Positions 46,615-56,725 of a stretch of DNA of 58,453 nt are shown in pieces. The stretch's first letter is position 1; each line of letters begins with the position of its first letter. Both the position numbers and the translations under genes were made by a program. Source of the stretch: an uncultured SAR86 cluster bacterium (GTDB taxonomy: Bacteria; Pseudomonadota; Gammaproteobacteria; Magnimaribacterales; D2472); contig CACDCN010000001.1 in assembly GCA_902551185.1 (NCBI GenBank), positions 69,049-127,501 of the forward strand, given 5' to 3'. A model generated the notes under the pieces. The model ran no database searches. It was given only the letters and a program-made list of their open reading frames with translations, and had not been told where the DNA came from.

Positions 46615-47335
46615 TGTTTTCTCTATATATATTTGGAAGAATATTTGATAAATAACTCATTTCTTCTTTGGCGTGTTTTGTTAAATCTATTCCTAGCTGC
46701 TCATTAATAAATACTAAACGAGTTAAATATCCATTTCCTATTATGTTGATTGGAGATTTAACCACATCATTACCCCGTCTTTTATTTAAATGGCCCAACC
46801 AAAATCTAGAACGCATTTCAGAACCATTAGAATTATTTATAACGACATGACACATTTTTGAAAAATTTATTGATTGTTCAAGAAATCCTATCCTGGCACA
46901 AATGACGAAAGTTTGATCATTATTTGGATCAAAACCAAAAAACTCAACAGGATTAACAAATTGAATTCTTAGTTTAGATAGATTGTCACCAATGTATTCA
47001 TGAACAAGGTGGCTTGCTCCAATAACGCTACCATGTTTCTTATTTTCCCAATCCATCCAAATATGATCAGCAGGATGCCACATCTTGTAATGCTCCGTAG
47101 TATTTAGATAATCATAAAACCACCAGCGCACCATTTCTGCTTTTACTTTAGGCATAGGAGTTCTTACAGCAACCAAATAACTCGAATCTTTTAGTCTTTT
47201 ATGTTCAGTAATATAAGTATTAGAACTATTAACAAGGGTAGTATTTGCATCTAATACTAAGTCATGCGGCTGAAAACTAAGAATAAATAAAATGGCTAGA
47301 GTTATAAATGTAGTTAATTTAATTTTTTTCAACAT
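46607..47335 (-). CDS. PhlG/DAPG-hydrolase family protein with N-terminal signal or TM segment
   Basis: TPMPKV..EMVRWWF, YKMWHPADH, HEYIG, EMRSRFWLG, HAKEEM..L..ILP patterns. Confidence 0.7.
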   Translation of the reverse strand: MLKKIKLTTFITLAILFILSFQPHDLVLDANTTLVNSSNTYITEHKRLKDSSYLVAVRTPMPKVKAEMVRWWFYDYLNTTEHYKMWHPADHIWMDWENKKHGSVIGASHLVHEYIGDNLSKLRIQFVNPVEFFGFDPNNDQTFVICARIGFLEQSINFSKMCHVVINNSNGSEMRSRFWLGHLNKRRGNDVVKSPINIIGNGYLTRLVFINEQLGIDLTKHAKEEMSYLSNILPNIYRENNE

Positions 47336-47654
47336 ATGCCCAACTTTTAATGCCAGATCCTAAAGTTACTTCTACTCTTTTGTAATCATCAACCTCATAC
47401 CCATCTGCTTTTATTAATTCATCTGATGTAATCTTAAATACAGTGCCTATAACTTTGTCTTTTTCATTGCCTGTATATGAAAGAATGGGATGAAATTTTT
47501 TATCACTTACTCGAAGCGCAACTTCATCTGTAATTTCTACCTCTTTTAAAGTAAATTTTTCAAGAGTATCTTCAGTACCATCGAGAAGCCGACCAAAATT
47601 TTCTAATTGAACATTCTGTTGTCTTAGGGTTCCATAAGAGAATAAATATTCCAT
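47319..47654 (-). CDS. Gamma-glutamylcyclotransferase (AIG2-like) family protein
   Basis: LFSYGTL, ADGYEVDDYKR, WAYV; ATG at 47654 right after the xerC stop. Confidence 0.82.
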   Translation of the reverse strand: MEYLFSYGTLRQQNVQLENFGRLLDGTEDTLEKFTLKEVEITDEVALRVSDKKFHPILSYTGNEKDKVIGTVFKITSDELIKADGYEVDDYKRVEVTLGSGIKSWAYVEKN

Positions 47655-47655
47655 T

Positions 47656-48552
47656 TTATTTTTTTGCTCTTGGATGAGCTTGGTCATAAATTTTAACCAA
47701 ATGTTGATAATCAAGCTTGGTATATATCTGAGTTGTAGATAAAGAGCTATGACCTAATAATTCCTGAATTGTTCTAAGATCGCCGCTGGATTCAAGCATA
47801 TGAGTAGCAAAGCTATGCCTTAACATATGAGGATGAATAGGCGGGAGACCTTGCTTAGTTGCCATTTTCTTAAGTCTCAATTGAACGCTTCTTATACTCA
47901 ATCTAGCTCCTTTTGAATTTAGGAAGAGCGCTTCACTTTTAGTTAGAATCTTTTCTCTTTCAATAATCCAATTATTAATTGCAGTCACCGCAAATCTTCC
48001 TAATGGAACTATTCGAGTTTTAGCACCCTTACCAAGAACCCTTAAGAAAGTCATATCTTCTTCAAAGTCACCCATGTTTATATTTACAGTTTCAGACACT
48101 CTCAATCCTGAAGAGTACATTAATTCAACAATTGCCATATCTCTAATTTCAATGAGATTTGATGGTTTAAAATTTAGAAGCTGCTCAACATCTTCAGGAG
48201 AAAGAACTTCAGGAAGATTGCTTGGAGACTTTGGAGCTGATACCAACTCAAAAGGAGAAGATTCGATTAAATTATTCTTTTTTAAAAATCTAAAAAAACC
48301 TTTTGCAGAAGATAAATGTCTTTGAATGCTCCTTGGATTATTATCTTGTGAATAAAGATTACCTATCCAAGCAGAACAAATTTCATTATTAATTTCAGAA
48401 TAATTAGAAAGATTTAGATCGTTAATAAACTTAGCAAGCTTTTTTAAATCTCTTTCATAAGCACTAGTAGTATTTTTAGATAAATTTTTTACTTGAGAAA
48501 TAAATATTAAATATTCTTTTATGTCATTAAGAATAAAACTGGCATTATTCAT
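47656..48552 (-). CDS. xerC: Tyrosine recombinase XerC
   Basis: [46 protein letters not shown]; dapF-DUF484-xerC order. Confidence 0.93.
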   Translation of the reverse strand: MNNASFILNDIKEYLIFISQVKNLSKNTTSAYERDLKKLAKFINDLNLSNYSEINNEICSAWIGNLYSQDNNPRSIQRHLSSAKGFFRFLKKNNLIESSPFELVSAPKSPSNLPEVLSPEDVEQLLNFKPSNLIEIRDMAIVELMYSSGLRVSETVNINMGDFEEDMTFLRVLGKGAKTRIVPLGRFAVTAINNWIIEREKILTKSEALFLNSKGARLSIRSVQLRLKKMATKQGLPPIHPHMLRHSFATHMLESSGDLRTIQELLGHSSLSTTQIYTKLDYQHLVKIYDQAHPRAKK

Positions 48553-48555
48553 AAA

Positions 48556-49176
48556 TTATAAAGCTAACTTTTTTTCTAATACATCTCTTATATATTGAAT
48601 AAATGTAGTATCTTCATCGCCTAAATATTTGGCTCTATCTAAACTTCCTAATTTTAAAAGCCCAATTTCCTTTTCTAAAATAATTACTGCGATCACCATT
48701 GATTCAATCTTATTATCACCAAATAAAATATCCGCCTTCTCAGAAGAAAATGAACCACAATGAATAGCACCTTTGTGCAATGAAAGGCCTGTTTCCTTTT
48801 CAATTTTTTCTATATCTTTATTTTTATAAAATTTAAGCAAACATTTATCAACATTAAAGTCATTGCTAAAGCTTTCTTCTACAGTTTTAACTATTTCTTT
48901 TTTAGAACTGGATTCTAATATCTTTAATGTAAGATCTTTGGATTTATTAAAAAGATCCTCATTTATTGATGCGGTATCAATAAAAGATGTTAGTAAATCT
49001 ATTAAGTTTTTGTGTTCATCTCTTAATTTAAGCACTTGCCTTTCTAGCAAAGAGGAGGCTGCACTAGAAGAGTGTTTAAATTTTAATTCTCCCACCAATG
49101 ATTCTCTTGATTCAAAAAAATCCAGATTATCTAATAGGAATAATTCGACTTCTTTTGGATCTAATTTTTTACTCAT
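48556..49176 (-). CDS. DUF484 (YigA-like) protein
   Basis: SLLERQVLKLR, A..NE.LF; lies between dapF and xerC. Confidence 0.82.
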   Translation of the reverse strand: MSKKLDPKEVELFLLDNLDFFESRESLVGELKFKHSSSAASSLLERQVLKLRDEHKNLIDLLTSFIDTASINEDLFNKSKDLTLKILESSSKKEIVKTVEESFSNDFNVDKCLLKFYKNKDIEKIEKETGLSLHKGAIHCGSFSSEKADILFGDNKIESMVIAVIILEKEIGLLKLGSLDRAKYLGDEDTTFIQYIRDVLEKKLAL

Positions 49177-49945
49177 TAGTAGCGCCTTGGTATATAAAGT
49201 TGGATGGACCAGTCATTAATATACCATTTTTATTTCCCTTAAAACTTAATTCCCCACCCATAGAAATAATCTTCACTTTATTTTTAGTTAATGATTTTGA
49301 TGCTACACACAAAGCTGCAGACCCACAAGATAGAGTTTCTCCAGTACCATTTTCATATGTTCTAATATAAATATCTTCTTTAGATTTACTAAATATAGAA
49401 AGATTTATATCTAAATCTTTAATTATCTTATATAGCTCTTGATATATTGAATCAAGATCAACTTTTTCTATAGATGGCAACTCTATGCATAAATGATTAT
49501 TTCCTATATTGGATAGGAAAAATTTTCTTTTTATTTTTTTATTTATTTTTTTTTCTAAATTTTTATCTTGTATTGAAGAAGGTAAATTGACTAATACTGA
49601 TACCTTTCCTTTTTGTTTTGGAATACACTCTAAACCCATGTATTTTGTTTGAACCAAGATATTTGTAATAGGCATAAATTTATTTTTCCAAATATATGAT
49701 GCTGCACACCTAATACCATTTAGACACATTCCAGCCTCTGATCCATCTGAATTATAAAATCTTACAAAAAAACTGTATTGATCTTTTGTTGGGAGCCCAA
49801 TATGAATTAATTGATCAAAGCCTATGCCTTTATTTCTATCTGAGATTTTCTTTATAAAACTTTTTTTAATTTTAAGTTCTTGTTCAATTGAATTTACAAT
49901 AACAAAGTCATTTCCATTTCCATGCCATTTCTCAAATTCAATCAT
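49169..49945 (-). CDS. dapF: Diaminopimelate epimerase (divergent)
   Basis: HGNGNDF, GIGFDQ, NSDGS..GMCLNG, GETLSCGS; lysA-dapF order. Confidence 0.88.
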   Translation of the reverse strand: MIEFEKWHGNGNDFVIVNSIEQELKIKKSFIKKISDRNKGIGFDQLIHIGLPTKDQYSFFVRFYNSDGSEAGMCLNGIRCAASYIWKNKFMPITNILVQTKYMGLECIPKQKGKVSVLVNLPSSIQDKNLEKKINKKIKRKFFLSNIGNNHLCIELPSIEKVDLDSIYQELYKIIKDLDINLSIFSKSKEDIYIRTYENGTGETLSCGSAALCVASKSLTKNKVKIISMGGELSFKGNKNGILMTGPSNFIYQGATNE

Positions 49946-51176
49946 TTAGACTAACCTCATTTCTAATCAAGTCCTTAAAAGATTCTCTTTTTCTAATAAC
50001 GGTATATTGATTATTATCAACTAATATCTCTGGGGCCCTAACCCTAGAGTTATAGTTGGATGACATAACAAAACCATATGCTCCAGCAGTTTTAATAGCT
50101 AGGATATCTCCTTCAGAAGCATTCATTTCATGGTCTTTCGCTAGAATATCTGATGATTCACATACTGGGCCTACAATAGTCCATTTTTTATTATCAGAAT
50201 CATTTTGTTTAAGGTTCCAGATATCATGTTTTGCATCATATAAGGCAGGCCTTAATAGATCATTCATAGCAGCATCTACTACTAGGAAGTTATCTTTAAT
50301 GTATTCAACTTTTGTAAGCAATATTCCAGCATTACCAGTAATACTTCTTCCCGGTTCTAATATTATCTTTTCATTTCTATCTTTTAACTCTTCTTCAATT
50401 ATAGAAACCAAATCCTTAGGTGATGGTGTTTTGTCGCTGTTATAGGGGATGCCAAGTCCTCCACCAAGGTCTAAAAATTTTAATTCATTTCCTGTTTTAT
50501 CTATTTCTTCAGCAAGCTGTCTAATATTTATGGCCGTTAATTTATAACTCTCAAGATCTCCTATTTGAGAGCCAATATGACATGCTAAGCCAATAAGTCT
50601 TAGATGCTTTGAGTTATAGATATAATGACTTAATTTTAAAACAAGATCATTTGGTGATATGCCGAACTTATCTCCTTTCCTTCCTGTTTTAATATATTCA
50701 TGTCCCCCAGAATCAACCTCGGGATTAAATCTAATAGCAACGTCAACAACTTTATTATTCTCTGAAGCTATTTTTTCAATTCTAAATAATTCAGACTCTG
50801 ACTCAATATTAAAAGAAAGTATTTCATTATTTATACCTTTTAATATTTCTTCATTTGATTTTCCGACACCTGAAAAAATTATTTTTTTTGGATTTGTTTT
50901 AATATGGAGCGCTCTTTGAAGTTCTCCACCTGAAACAATATCAAAACCACAATCTTTTTCTTTTAGGATATTTAAGATAGAAATGTTGCTAAGAGACTTT
51001 ACTGAAAAACATATTAAGCTATCTTTTTTTTGAAAGGCATTTTTATAAACATTGATATGTCTCTCTATAGTCTTTTTTGAATAAACATATGCAGGAGTGC
51101 CAAACTCTTTCGCTATTTCTTGAAGATTAATCTCTTCACAGAAAAGTTCACCGTTTTTATATAGAAAGTAATCCAT
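49938..51176 (-). CDS. lysA: Diaminopimelate decarboxylase
   Basis: FSVKS (PLP Lys), DIVSGGE, HIGSQ, DLGGG, EPGR, GPVCESSD, MSSNYN. Confidence 0.96.
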   Translation of the reverse strand: MDYFLYKNGELFCEEINLQEIAKEFGTPAYVYSKKTIERHINVYKNAFQKKDSLICFSVKSLSNISILNILKEKDCGFDIVSGGELQRALHIKTNPKKIIFSGVGKSNEEILKGINNEILSFNIESESELFRIEKIASENNKVVDVAIRFNPEVDSGGHEYIKTGRKGDKFGISPNDLVLKLSHYIYNSKHLRLIGLACHIGSQIGDLESYKLTAINIRQLAEEIDKTGNELKFLDLGGGLGIPYNSDKTPSPKDLVSIIEEELKDRNEKIILEPGRSITGNAGILLTKVEYIKDNFLVVDAAMNDLLRPALYDAKHDIWNLKQNDSDNKKWTIVGPVCESSDILAKDHEMNASEGDILAIKTAGAYGFVMSSNYNSRVRAPEILVDNNQYTVIRKRESFKDLIRNEVSLND

Positions 51177-51189
51177 AAAGTTTAAATTA

Positions 51190-51273
51190 TTAGAAAATTA
51201 AAGGCCCTTTAACTCCGCAGCTTGAAATAATTAAAAGAATAGAGAGGCCTAAAGATATTTTATTAATACTCAT
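51190..51273 (-). CDS. lptM: LPS translocon maturation lipoprotein LptM (YifL/LppL), minimal 27-aa form
   Basis: Manual translation MSINKISLGLSILLIISSCGVKGPLIF*; lipobox ISS-C then the family motif CGxKGPL; conserved position just upstream of lysA/dapF. Confidence 0.85.
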   Translation of the reverse strand: MSINKISLGLSILLIISSCGVKGPLIF

Positions 51274-51280
51274 AAACAAC

Positions 51281-51304
51281 ATTATGGGCAAAAATACCCA
51301 TAAT
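51281..51304 (-). terminator. Stem-loop downstream of ahcY, probable intrinsic terminator
   Basis: Minus strand ATTATGGGTA-TTTT-TGCCCATAAT (10-bp stem with one G-U), followed by GTTGTTT; weak U-tract. Confidence 0.5.
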
Positions 51305-51319
51305 TTGAACTTTTACATA

Positions 51320-52714
51320 TTAATATTTGTAAGCTTCTTCTTTAAACGGACCATCTTTTGGAACATTTATATAGTCTGCTTGGTCTTGAGTCAGTTTCGT
51401 AACCATACCCCCAAAACCCTCAACCATTAGACTTGCAACCTCTTCATCTAGTTTCTTAGGAAGAACTTCTACAGTTATCATCCCAGCTTTCTTATCTTCG
51501 TCATTTATATTCGCAAAACCCTGTTTATATAAATGTATTTGGGCAAGGACCTGGTTTGCAAATGAACCATCCATAATTCTGCTTGGATGACCAGTAGCAT
51601 TTCCTAGGTTTACCAATCTACCTTCTGCTAGAAGAATAATATAATTTTTACTTGATAGATCTGGAGTTCCATCCGGAGCTGTATCTCTAAAAATTCTATG
51701 TACCTGAGGCTTTATTTCGTCCCAATAATAATTTTCTCTCATGAAGGCTGTATCTATTTCGTTATCAAAGTGACCAATATTACATACAACAGCTGTATTC
51801 TTAAGAGTGCTTAACATTGCTGAATCACACACATTAACATTTCCAGTTGTGGTGACGACCAAATCAGTATCTTCCATGACTTGCATATTTATATCTTTAG
51901 GATCTCTGGTAACAACACCATCTTTATAACAAGAAACAACAGAAAAACCATCCATGCAAGCTTGCATTGCACAAATTGGATCTGATTCAACAACACTAAC
52001 TATCATTCCTTCTTGAGCTAGACTTAATGCAGATCCTTTACCAACATCACCATAACCAATAACAAGACCCTTTTTACCTGAAAGTAACATATCAGTTCCT
52101 CTCTTCAGAGCATCGTTTAGACTATGCCTACAACCATATTTATTATCATTTTTTGATTTTGTGACAGAGTCATTAACATTAATAGCAGGTATTTTAAGCT
52201 CACCATTTTCAAGCATTTCTTTTAGCCTATGCACTCCAGTTGTAGTTTCTTCTGACACACCATGAATTGTTTCAAGCATATCAGGAAATTTTTCATGCAC
52301 CATGGCTGTAAGGTCACTACCATCATCAAGAATCATATTGGCATCCCAAGGTTTACCATCTTTACAAATAGTTTGTTCTATACACCATTCAAACTCTTCC
52401 TCTGTTTCTCCTTTCCAGGCGAATGTTGGCACGCCTCTTGCTGCCATTGCTGCAGCAGCATGATCTTGCGTTGAAAAAATATTACAAGAAGACCACCTTA
52501 ATTCTGCGCCTAAGTCTATTAAAGTTTCCATTAGAACTGCAGTTTGAATAGTCATATGTATACAACCCATGATCTTTGCTCCCGCAAGAGGTTGATCTGC
52601 TCTATATTTTTCTCTTAAAGCCATTAAAGCAGGCATCTCATTTTCTGCTAGAGAGATTTCCCTTCTTCCAAATTCAGCAAGATTTATATCTGCAACTTTA
52701 TAGTCATTTTCCAT
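51320..52714 (-). CDS. ahcY: Adenosylhomocysteinase
   Basis: [52 protein letters not shown]. Confidence 0.98.
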   Translation of the reverse strand: MENDYKVADINLAEFGRREISLAENEMPALMALREKYRADQPLAGAKIMGCIHMTIQTAVLMETLIDLGAELRWSSCNIFSTQDHAAAAMAARGVPTFAWKGETEEEFEWCIEQTICKDGKPWDANMILDDGSDLTAMVHEKFPDMLETIHGVSEETTTGVHRLKEMLENGELKIPAINVNDSVTKSKNDNKYGCRHSLNDALKRGTDMLLSGKKGLVIGYGDVGKGSALSLAQEGMIVSVVESDPICAMQACMDGFSVVSCYKDGVVTRDPKDINMQVMEDTDLVVTTTGNVNVCDSAMLSTLKNTAVVCNIGHFDNEIDTAFMRENYYWDEIKPQVHRIFRDTAPDGTPDLSSKNYIILLAEGRLVNLGNATGHPSRIMDGSFANQVLAQIHLYKQGFANINDEDKKAGMITVEVLPKKLDEEVASLMVEGFGGMVTKLTQDQADYINVPKDGPFKEEAYKY

Positions 52715-52741
52715 TTTATTTCCTTATTATTTCTTTAGTTA

Positions 52742-53392
52742 TTAATTAAGCTTATTTCCATTAAAGTCGTACTCTTCAATTAACCTAACAAGAGTACCAT
52801 TTTGATATTCTGTTTTTGATTTTAGTTGTCCATTTTGATGATATGCTTCAGAAATGCCATGCAATTCTTCATTATTATTATAAACATCCTTTAACGATAT
52901 TTGGCCATTGTCATAATAAGAATAATTTGTGAAACTAATAGTTTCATCATTTTTAACATCCTCAGTCCACGATATTCGACCATATTCATATCCAACCCAT
53001 TCACCTTCAGCCATGCCATTGAACATGTTACCTTCCATTATAAGAAAACCTTGATCAAATTCTGAGTATTTTCCTTGTTCTAAGCCATTTTTGTAGGAGG
53101 ATTTAATTGAGTAAAGAACCCCACATCCCGCATATTCTTCATAAGGCCCATGAAGAAGACCTCTTCTATAGGAGCCTGCTTCTAAAGCACAAAATCCAAA
53201 TTCATCCTCATAAGTTATAAATCTTCCAGAAAATGGCGAATTAGTATTTACCTGATATTTCAAACCCTGTCTTTCAACAAGCGATGATGAGTTTATAGAT
53301 TTATCTGCATATTTGATATAAAGAGCTTCATTAGCCTCCATATTCATAGTTAAAAAAGCAAATAGAAATGCATTAAGTAATAGTATTTTCAT
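52742..53392 (-). CDS. Exported MORN-variant repeat protein (YwqK-like)
   Basis: Signal-like N-terminus; repeats GLLHGPYEEY, YKNGLEQGKY, YYDNGQI, YHQNGQLKSKTEYQNG. Confidence 0.72.
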   Translation of the reverse strand: MKILLLNAFLFAFLTMNMEANEALYIKYADKSINSSSLVERQGLKYQVNTNSPFSGRFITYEDEFGFCALEAGSYRRGLLHGPYEEYAGCGVLYSIKSSYKNGLEQGKYSEFDQGFLIMEGNMFNGMAEGEWVGYEYGRISWTEDVKNDETISFTNYSYYDNGQISLKDVYNNNEELHGISEAYHQNGQLKSKTEYQNGTLVRLIEEYDFNGNKLN

Positions 53393-53433
53393 ATTTGTCT
53401 CTCCTTCTTATTATCCAGCATACTTAATATTTA

Positions 53434-54585
53434 TTATGAGATTTCTGAAGCTTTATCTGTTTTTTCCCAAGAAAGGTCTATATCAGTTCTCCCAAAATGC
53501 CCATAGGCTGCTGTAGGAAGATAGATAGGTCTTTTGAGATCAAGCATATTGATTAGACTTTTAGGCCTAAGGTCAAATTTTTCTTCAACAATTTTTTCAA
53601 TCGCTTCTTTTGAAATTTTTTCACTATTAAATGTATTTACATTTATTGAAGTTGGTTTAGCAACACCAATTGCATATGAAACTTGAATTTCACAATAATC
53701 AGCAAGACCAGCAGCTACTATATTTTTGGCCACATATCTTGCAGCATAAGCAGCTGATCGATCAACCTTAGATGGGTCTTTCCCAGAAAAGGCACCTCCA
53801 CCATGCCTAGCCATTCCACCATAAGTGTCAACAATAATTTTTCTACCGGTAAGACCACAGTCTCCAACTGGCCCTCCGATAACAAATTTACCTGTGGGGT
53901 TTATATAAATCTTGGTTGAATCTAGAATCCATTCTGCTGGAACTATTGGTTTAATAATTTCTTCCATAACCCCTTCTTTAATATCATCCTGAGTAACATC
54001 TTCATCATGTTGTGTAGAGAGAACTATTGCTGATAAACCCTCTATGGTTTTACCATCATCTGAGTAAATTGCACTTACTTGGCTTTTAGCATCAGGCCTT
54101 AACCATGATAATCCGTTTGCTTTCATTACATCAGCTTGTTTTTTAACTAATCTATGAGATAGGTCAATAGGAAGCGGCATTAAAGATTCTGTTTCTGTAC
54201 AAGCATAACCGAACATAAGACCCTGATCACCAGCCCCTTGTTCTAGATTTTCACCTTCACCTTCTGTTACACCTTGAGATATATCAGGCGATTGCTCAAA
54301 AACAAGATTAGTAAACTCACAAGTATCTCCATTAAAACCATATTCATCAGTGTCATAACCAATATCATTAATTGTTTTTCTAACAACTGGTTCAAGATCT
54401 GGACTGCCAAGAGATGTTATTTCACCAGCAATATATACCATATTATTTTTAATCATAGTTTCGCAAGCAACTCTACTATTTGGATCCTCAGCTAAATAAG
54501 CATCTAAAACAGCATCTGAAATTTGATCGCATACCTTATCCGGATGTCCTGCTGAAACAGATTCTGATGTAAATATATAACTCAT
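53434..54585 (-). CDS. metK: S-adenosylmethionine synthetase
   Basis: [42 protein letters not shown]. Confidence 0.98.
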   Translation of the reverse strand: MSYIFTSESVSAGHPDKVCDQISDAVLDAYLAEDPNSRVACETMIKNNMVYIAGEITSLGSPDLEPVVRKTINDIGYDTDEYGFNGDTCEFTNLVFEQSPDISQGVTEGEGENLEQGAGDQGLMFGYACTETESLMPLPIDLSHRLVKKQADVMKANGLSWLRPDAKSQVSAIYSDDGKTIEGLSAIVLSTQHDEDVTQDDIKEGVMEEIIKPIVPAEWILDSTKIYINPTGKFVIGGPVGDCGLTGRKIIVDTYGGMARHGGGAFSGKDPSKVDRSAAYAARYVAKNIVAAGLADYCEIQVSYAIGVAKPTSINVNTFNSEKISKEAIEKIVEEKFDLRPKSLINMLDLKRPIYLPTAAYGHFGRTDIDLSWEKTDKASEIS

Positions 54586-54634
54586 ATGTTCTCTCCCTAG
54601 TTTATTATTGTGAAGAATTATCTTTTAAATAAGA

Positions 54635-54646
54635 CTGTGATCACAG
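54635..54646. promoter_or_regulatory. Perfect 12-bp palindrome CTGTGATCACAG in the divergent metK/tkt promoter region
   Basis: Read directly; function unknown. Confidence 0.35.
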
Positions 54647-54736
54647 ATTGACTATTTTATAACAAAAAAACAAATTTTATCTATGATTTTAACTTCAAAG
54701 ATATTATTATCCTAGAAAGTAAATGGGGAAATAAAT

Positions 54737-56725
54737 TTGAATCAAACAGATCCTATAAACGCTCTAAGATTCTTATCAATAGATGCTGTCCAAAAAGCAA
54801 ACTCTGGTCACCCTGGCATGCCTATGGGTATGGCAGAGATAGCAACCGCATTATGGAGCAATCATTTAAAACACAATCCTTCTAATCCCAAATGGTTTGA
54901 TAGAGACAGATTTGTTCTATCTAATGGGCATGGGTCAATGCTTTTATATAGTTTGCTTCACTTAACAGGATATAAGATCTCAATCGATGACATCAAAGAT
55001 TTTAGACAGTTACATTCTAAAACCCCTGGCCATCCTGAGTATGATATTGATATCGGAGTTGAAACTACTACTGGGCCTCTAGGCCAGGGTATTGCAAATG
55101 CTGTTGGAATGGCGATTTCGGAAAAAATATTAGCAGCAGAATTTAATCAGGACGATATAAAACCAATCGATCATTATACTTATGTTTTTTTAGGAGATGG
55201 TTGTTTAATGGAGGGCGTTTCTCATGAAGCTTGTTCATTTGCAGGAACTCATAATTTGGGCAAGTTGATATGTTTTTATGATCAAAATGGAATTTCTATT
55301 GATGGTGAAATTAAAAATTGGTTTACAGATGATTCAGTTAAAAGGTTTGAAAGTTATGGCTGGCATACAATTTGTGTAGATGGTCACAACATTGAAGAAA
55401 TTAATAATGCTATTTCTCAAGCTAAAGAAACTGCTGATAAACCCTCAATGATTTTTTGTAAAACAACTATCGGGTTTGGCTCGCCTAATAAATCCGGAAC
55501 AGCTGATGCACATGGAGCACCATTAGGCGATGATGAAATAATAAAAACTAGGGAAGCTTTAGATTGGAAATATGCAGAATTTGAACTAACTGATGAAATC
55601 TATAATTTTTGGGATGCTAAAGAAGCTGGTAATAATGTAAATTTAGATTGGGATAATTTGATAAAAAGTTATCAAGAAAAGTATCCTGAAAAATCAAAAG
55701 AGCTCTTAAGAAGAATAGAAGGCAATACTCCAGAAAATTTTGAAAGTGATTTTAATCAATTTCTTAAAGACTGTGATACGAATAATTCTCCAATGGCAAC
55801 GAGAAAAGCATCAAAGGCTTGTCTTGATTTCTTTGTAAAAGAAATGCCAGAGTTGATTGGAGGTTCTGCAGATTTAACTCCGTCTAATAATACCTTTTCT
55901 GGTTCAAGCTCAACTTTTTCCAATGAAAACCCTGCAGGGAATCATATAAATTATGGAGTAAGAGAATTTGGAATGTCAGCAATTATGAATGGGATGGTCC
56001 TACATGGAGGAATAAAGCCATATGGTGCAACTTTCCTAGTTTTTACTGATTATGCAAGAAATGCAGTAAGACTCTCTGCTCTAATGGGTCTACCTAATAT
56101 TTTTGTTTATACCCACGACTCAGTAGCATTAGGCGAAGATGGACCAACTCATCAACCTATAGAACACATGGTAACTTTAAGATCAACACCTAATTTAGTT
56201 AATTGGCGACCAGCTGATTTAGTCGAAACAGCTGTTGCATGGAAAGAAGCAGTAATTTCATCTTCAACACCTACATGTTTAATATTTAGCAGACAGGGAA
56301 CTTCAGCAATTCAAAGAACTTCTGAACAACTTGAAGATATTCATAATGGAGGTTACTTATTAGAATCATGTGATAATCCAGATATAATCATCATTGCCTC
56401 AGGAAGTGAGGTTCAATTAGCTCTTGATGCGGCAAAAGAACTAGAAAATGATTCTATAAAATCAAATATAGTTTCCATGCCCTCTTTAGATAAATTTCTT
56501 GAAATGCCAGAAGATTATCAAAATACAATCTTAAATTCAGATAAACCAATGTTAGTAGTTGAATGCGGCCATCCCAACTCTTGGTATAAAATATTAAATC
56601 GAAACGATAAAGTATTAGGTATTGAAAGTTTTGGCGAATCAGCACCAGGCAATCAATTATTAGAACATTTTGGTTTTACCGTTGAAAATGTTGTAAAAAT
56701 GGCAAAATCATTAATTAATGATTAA
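54737..56725 (+). CDS. tkt: Transketolase
   Basis: SGHPG, RDRFVLSNGH, TTGPLGQG, GDGCLMEG, GVREF, GEDGPTHQP; TTG start. Confidence 0.97.
   Translation: MNQTDPINALRFLSIDAVQKANSGHPGMPMGMAEIATALWSNHLKHNPSNPKWFDRDRFVLSNGHGSMLLYSLLHLTGYKISIDDIKDFRQLHSKTPGHPEYDIDIGVETTTGPLGQGIANAVGMAISEKILAAEFNQDDIKPIDHYTYVFLGDGCLMEGVSHEACSFAGTHNLGKLICFYDQNGISIDGEIKNWFTDDSVKRFESYGWHTICVDGHNIEEINNAISQAKETADKPSMIFCKTTIGFGSPNKSGTADAHGAPLGDDEIIKTREALDWKYAEFELTDEIYNFWDAKEAGNNVNLDWDNLIKSYQEKYPEKSKELLRRIEGNTPENFESDFNQFLKDCDTNNSPMATRKASKACLDFFVKEMPELIGGSADLTPSNNTFSGSSSTFSNENPAGNHINYGVREFGMSAIMNGMVLHGGIKPYGATFLVFTDYARNAVRLSALMGLPNIFVYTHDSVALGEDGPTHQPIEHMVTLRSTPNLVNWRPADLVETAVAWKEAVISSSTPTCLIFSRQGTSAIQRTSEQLEDIHNGGYLLESCDNPDIIIIASGSEVQLALDAAKELENDSIKSNIVSMPSLDKFLEMPEDYQNTILNSDKPMLVVECGHPNSWYKILNRNDKVLGIESFGESAPGNQLLEHFGFTVENVVKMAKSLIND

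Noticed and set aside
47656-48552. Tyrosine recombinase as a prophage or island integrase
   Set aside because: Housekeeping dapF-DUF484-xerC context and XerC C-terminal AHPRA; no att repeats or phage genes seen
52715-52741. SAH riboswitch upstream of ahcY
   Set aside because: The gap is only 27 bp and has no recognisable motif
54586-54736. SAM-II/SAM-V riboswitch upstream of metK
   Set aside because: Could not find the conserved pseudoknot elements by eye; an Infernal/Rfam scan would be decisive
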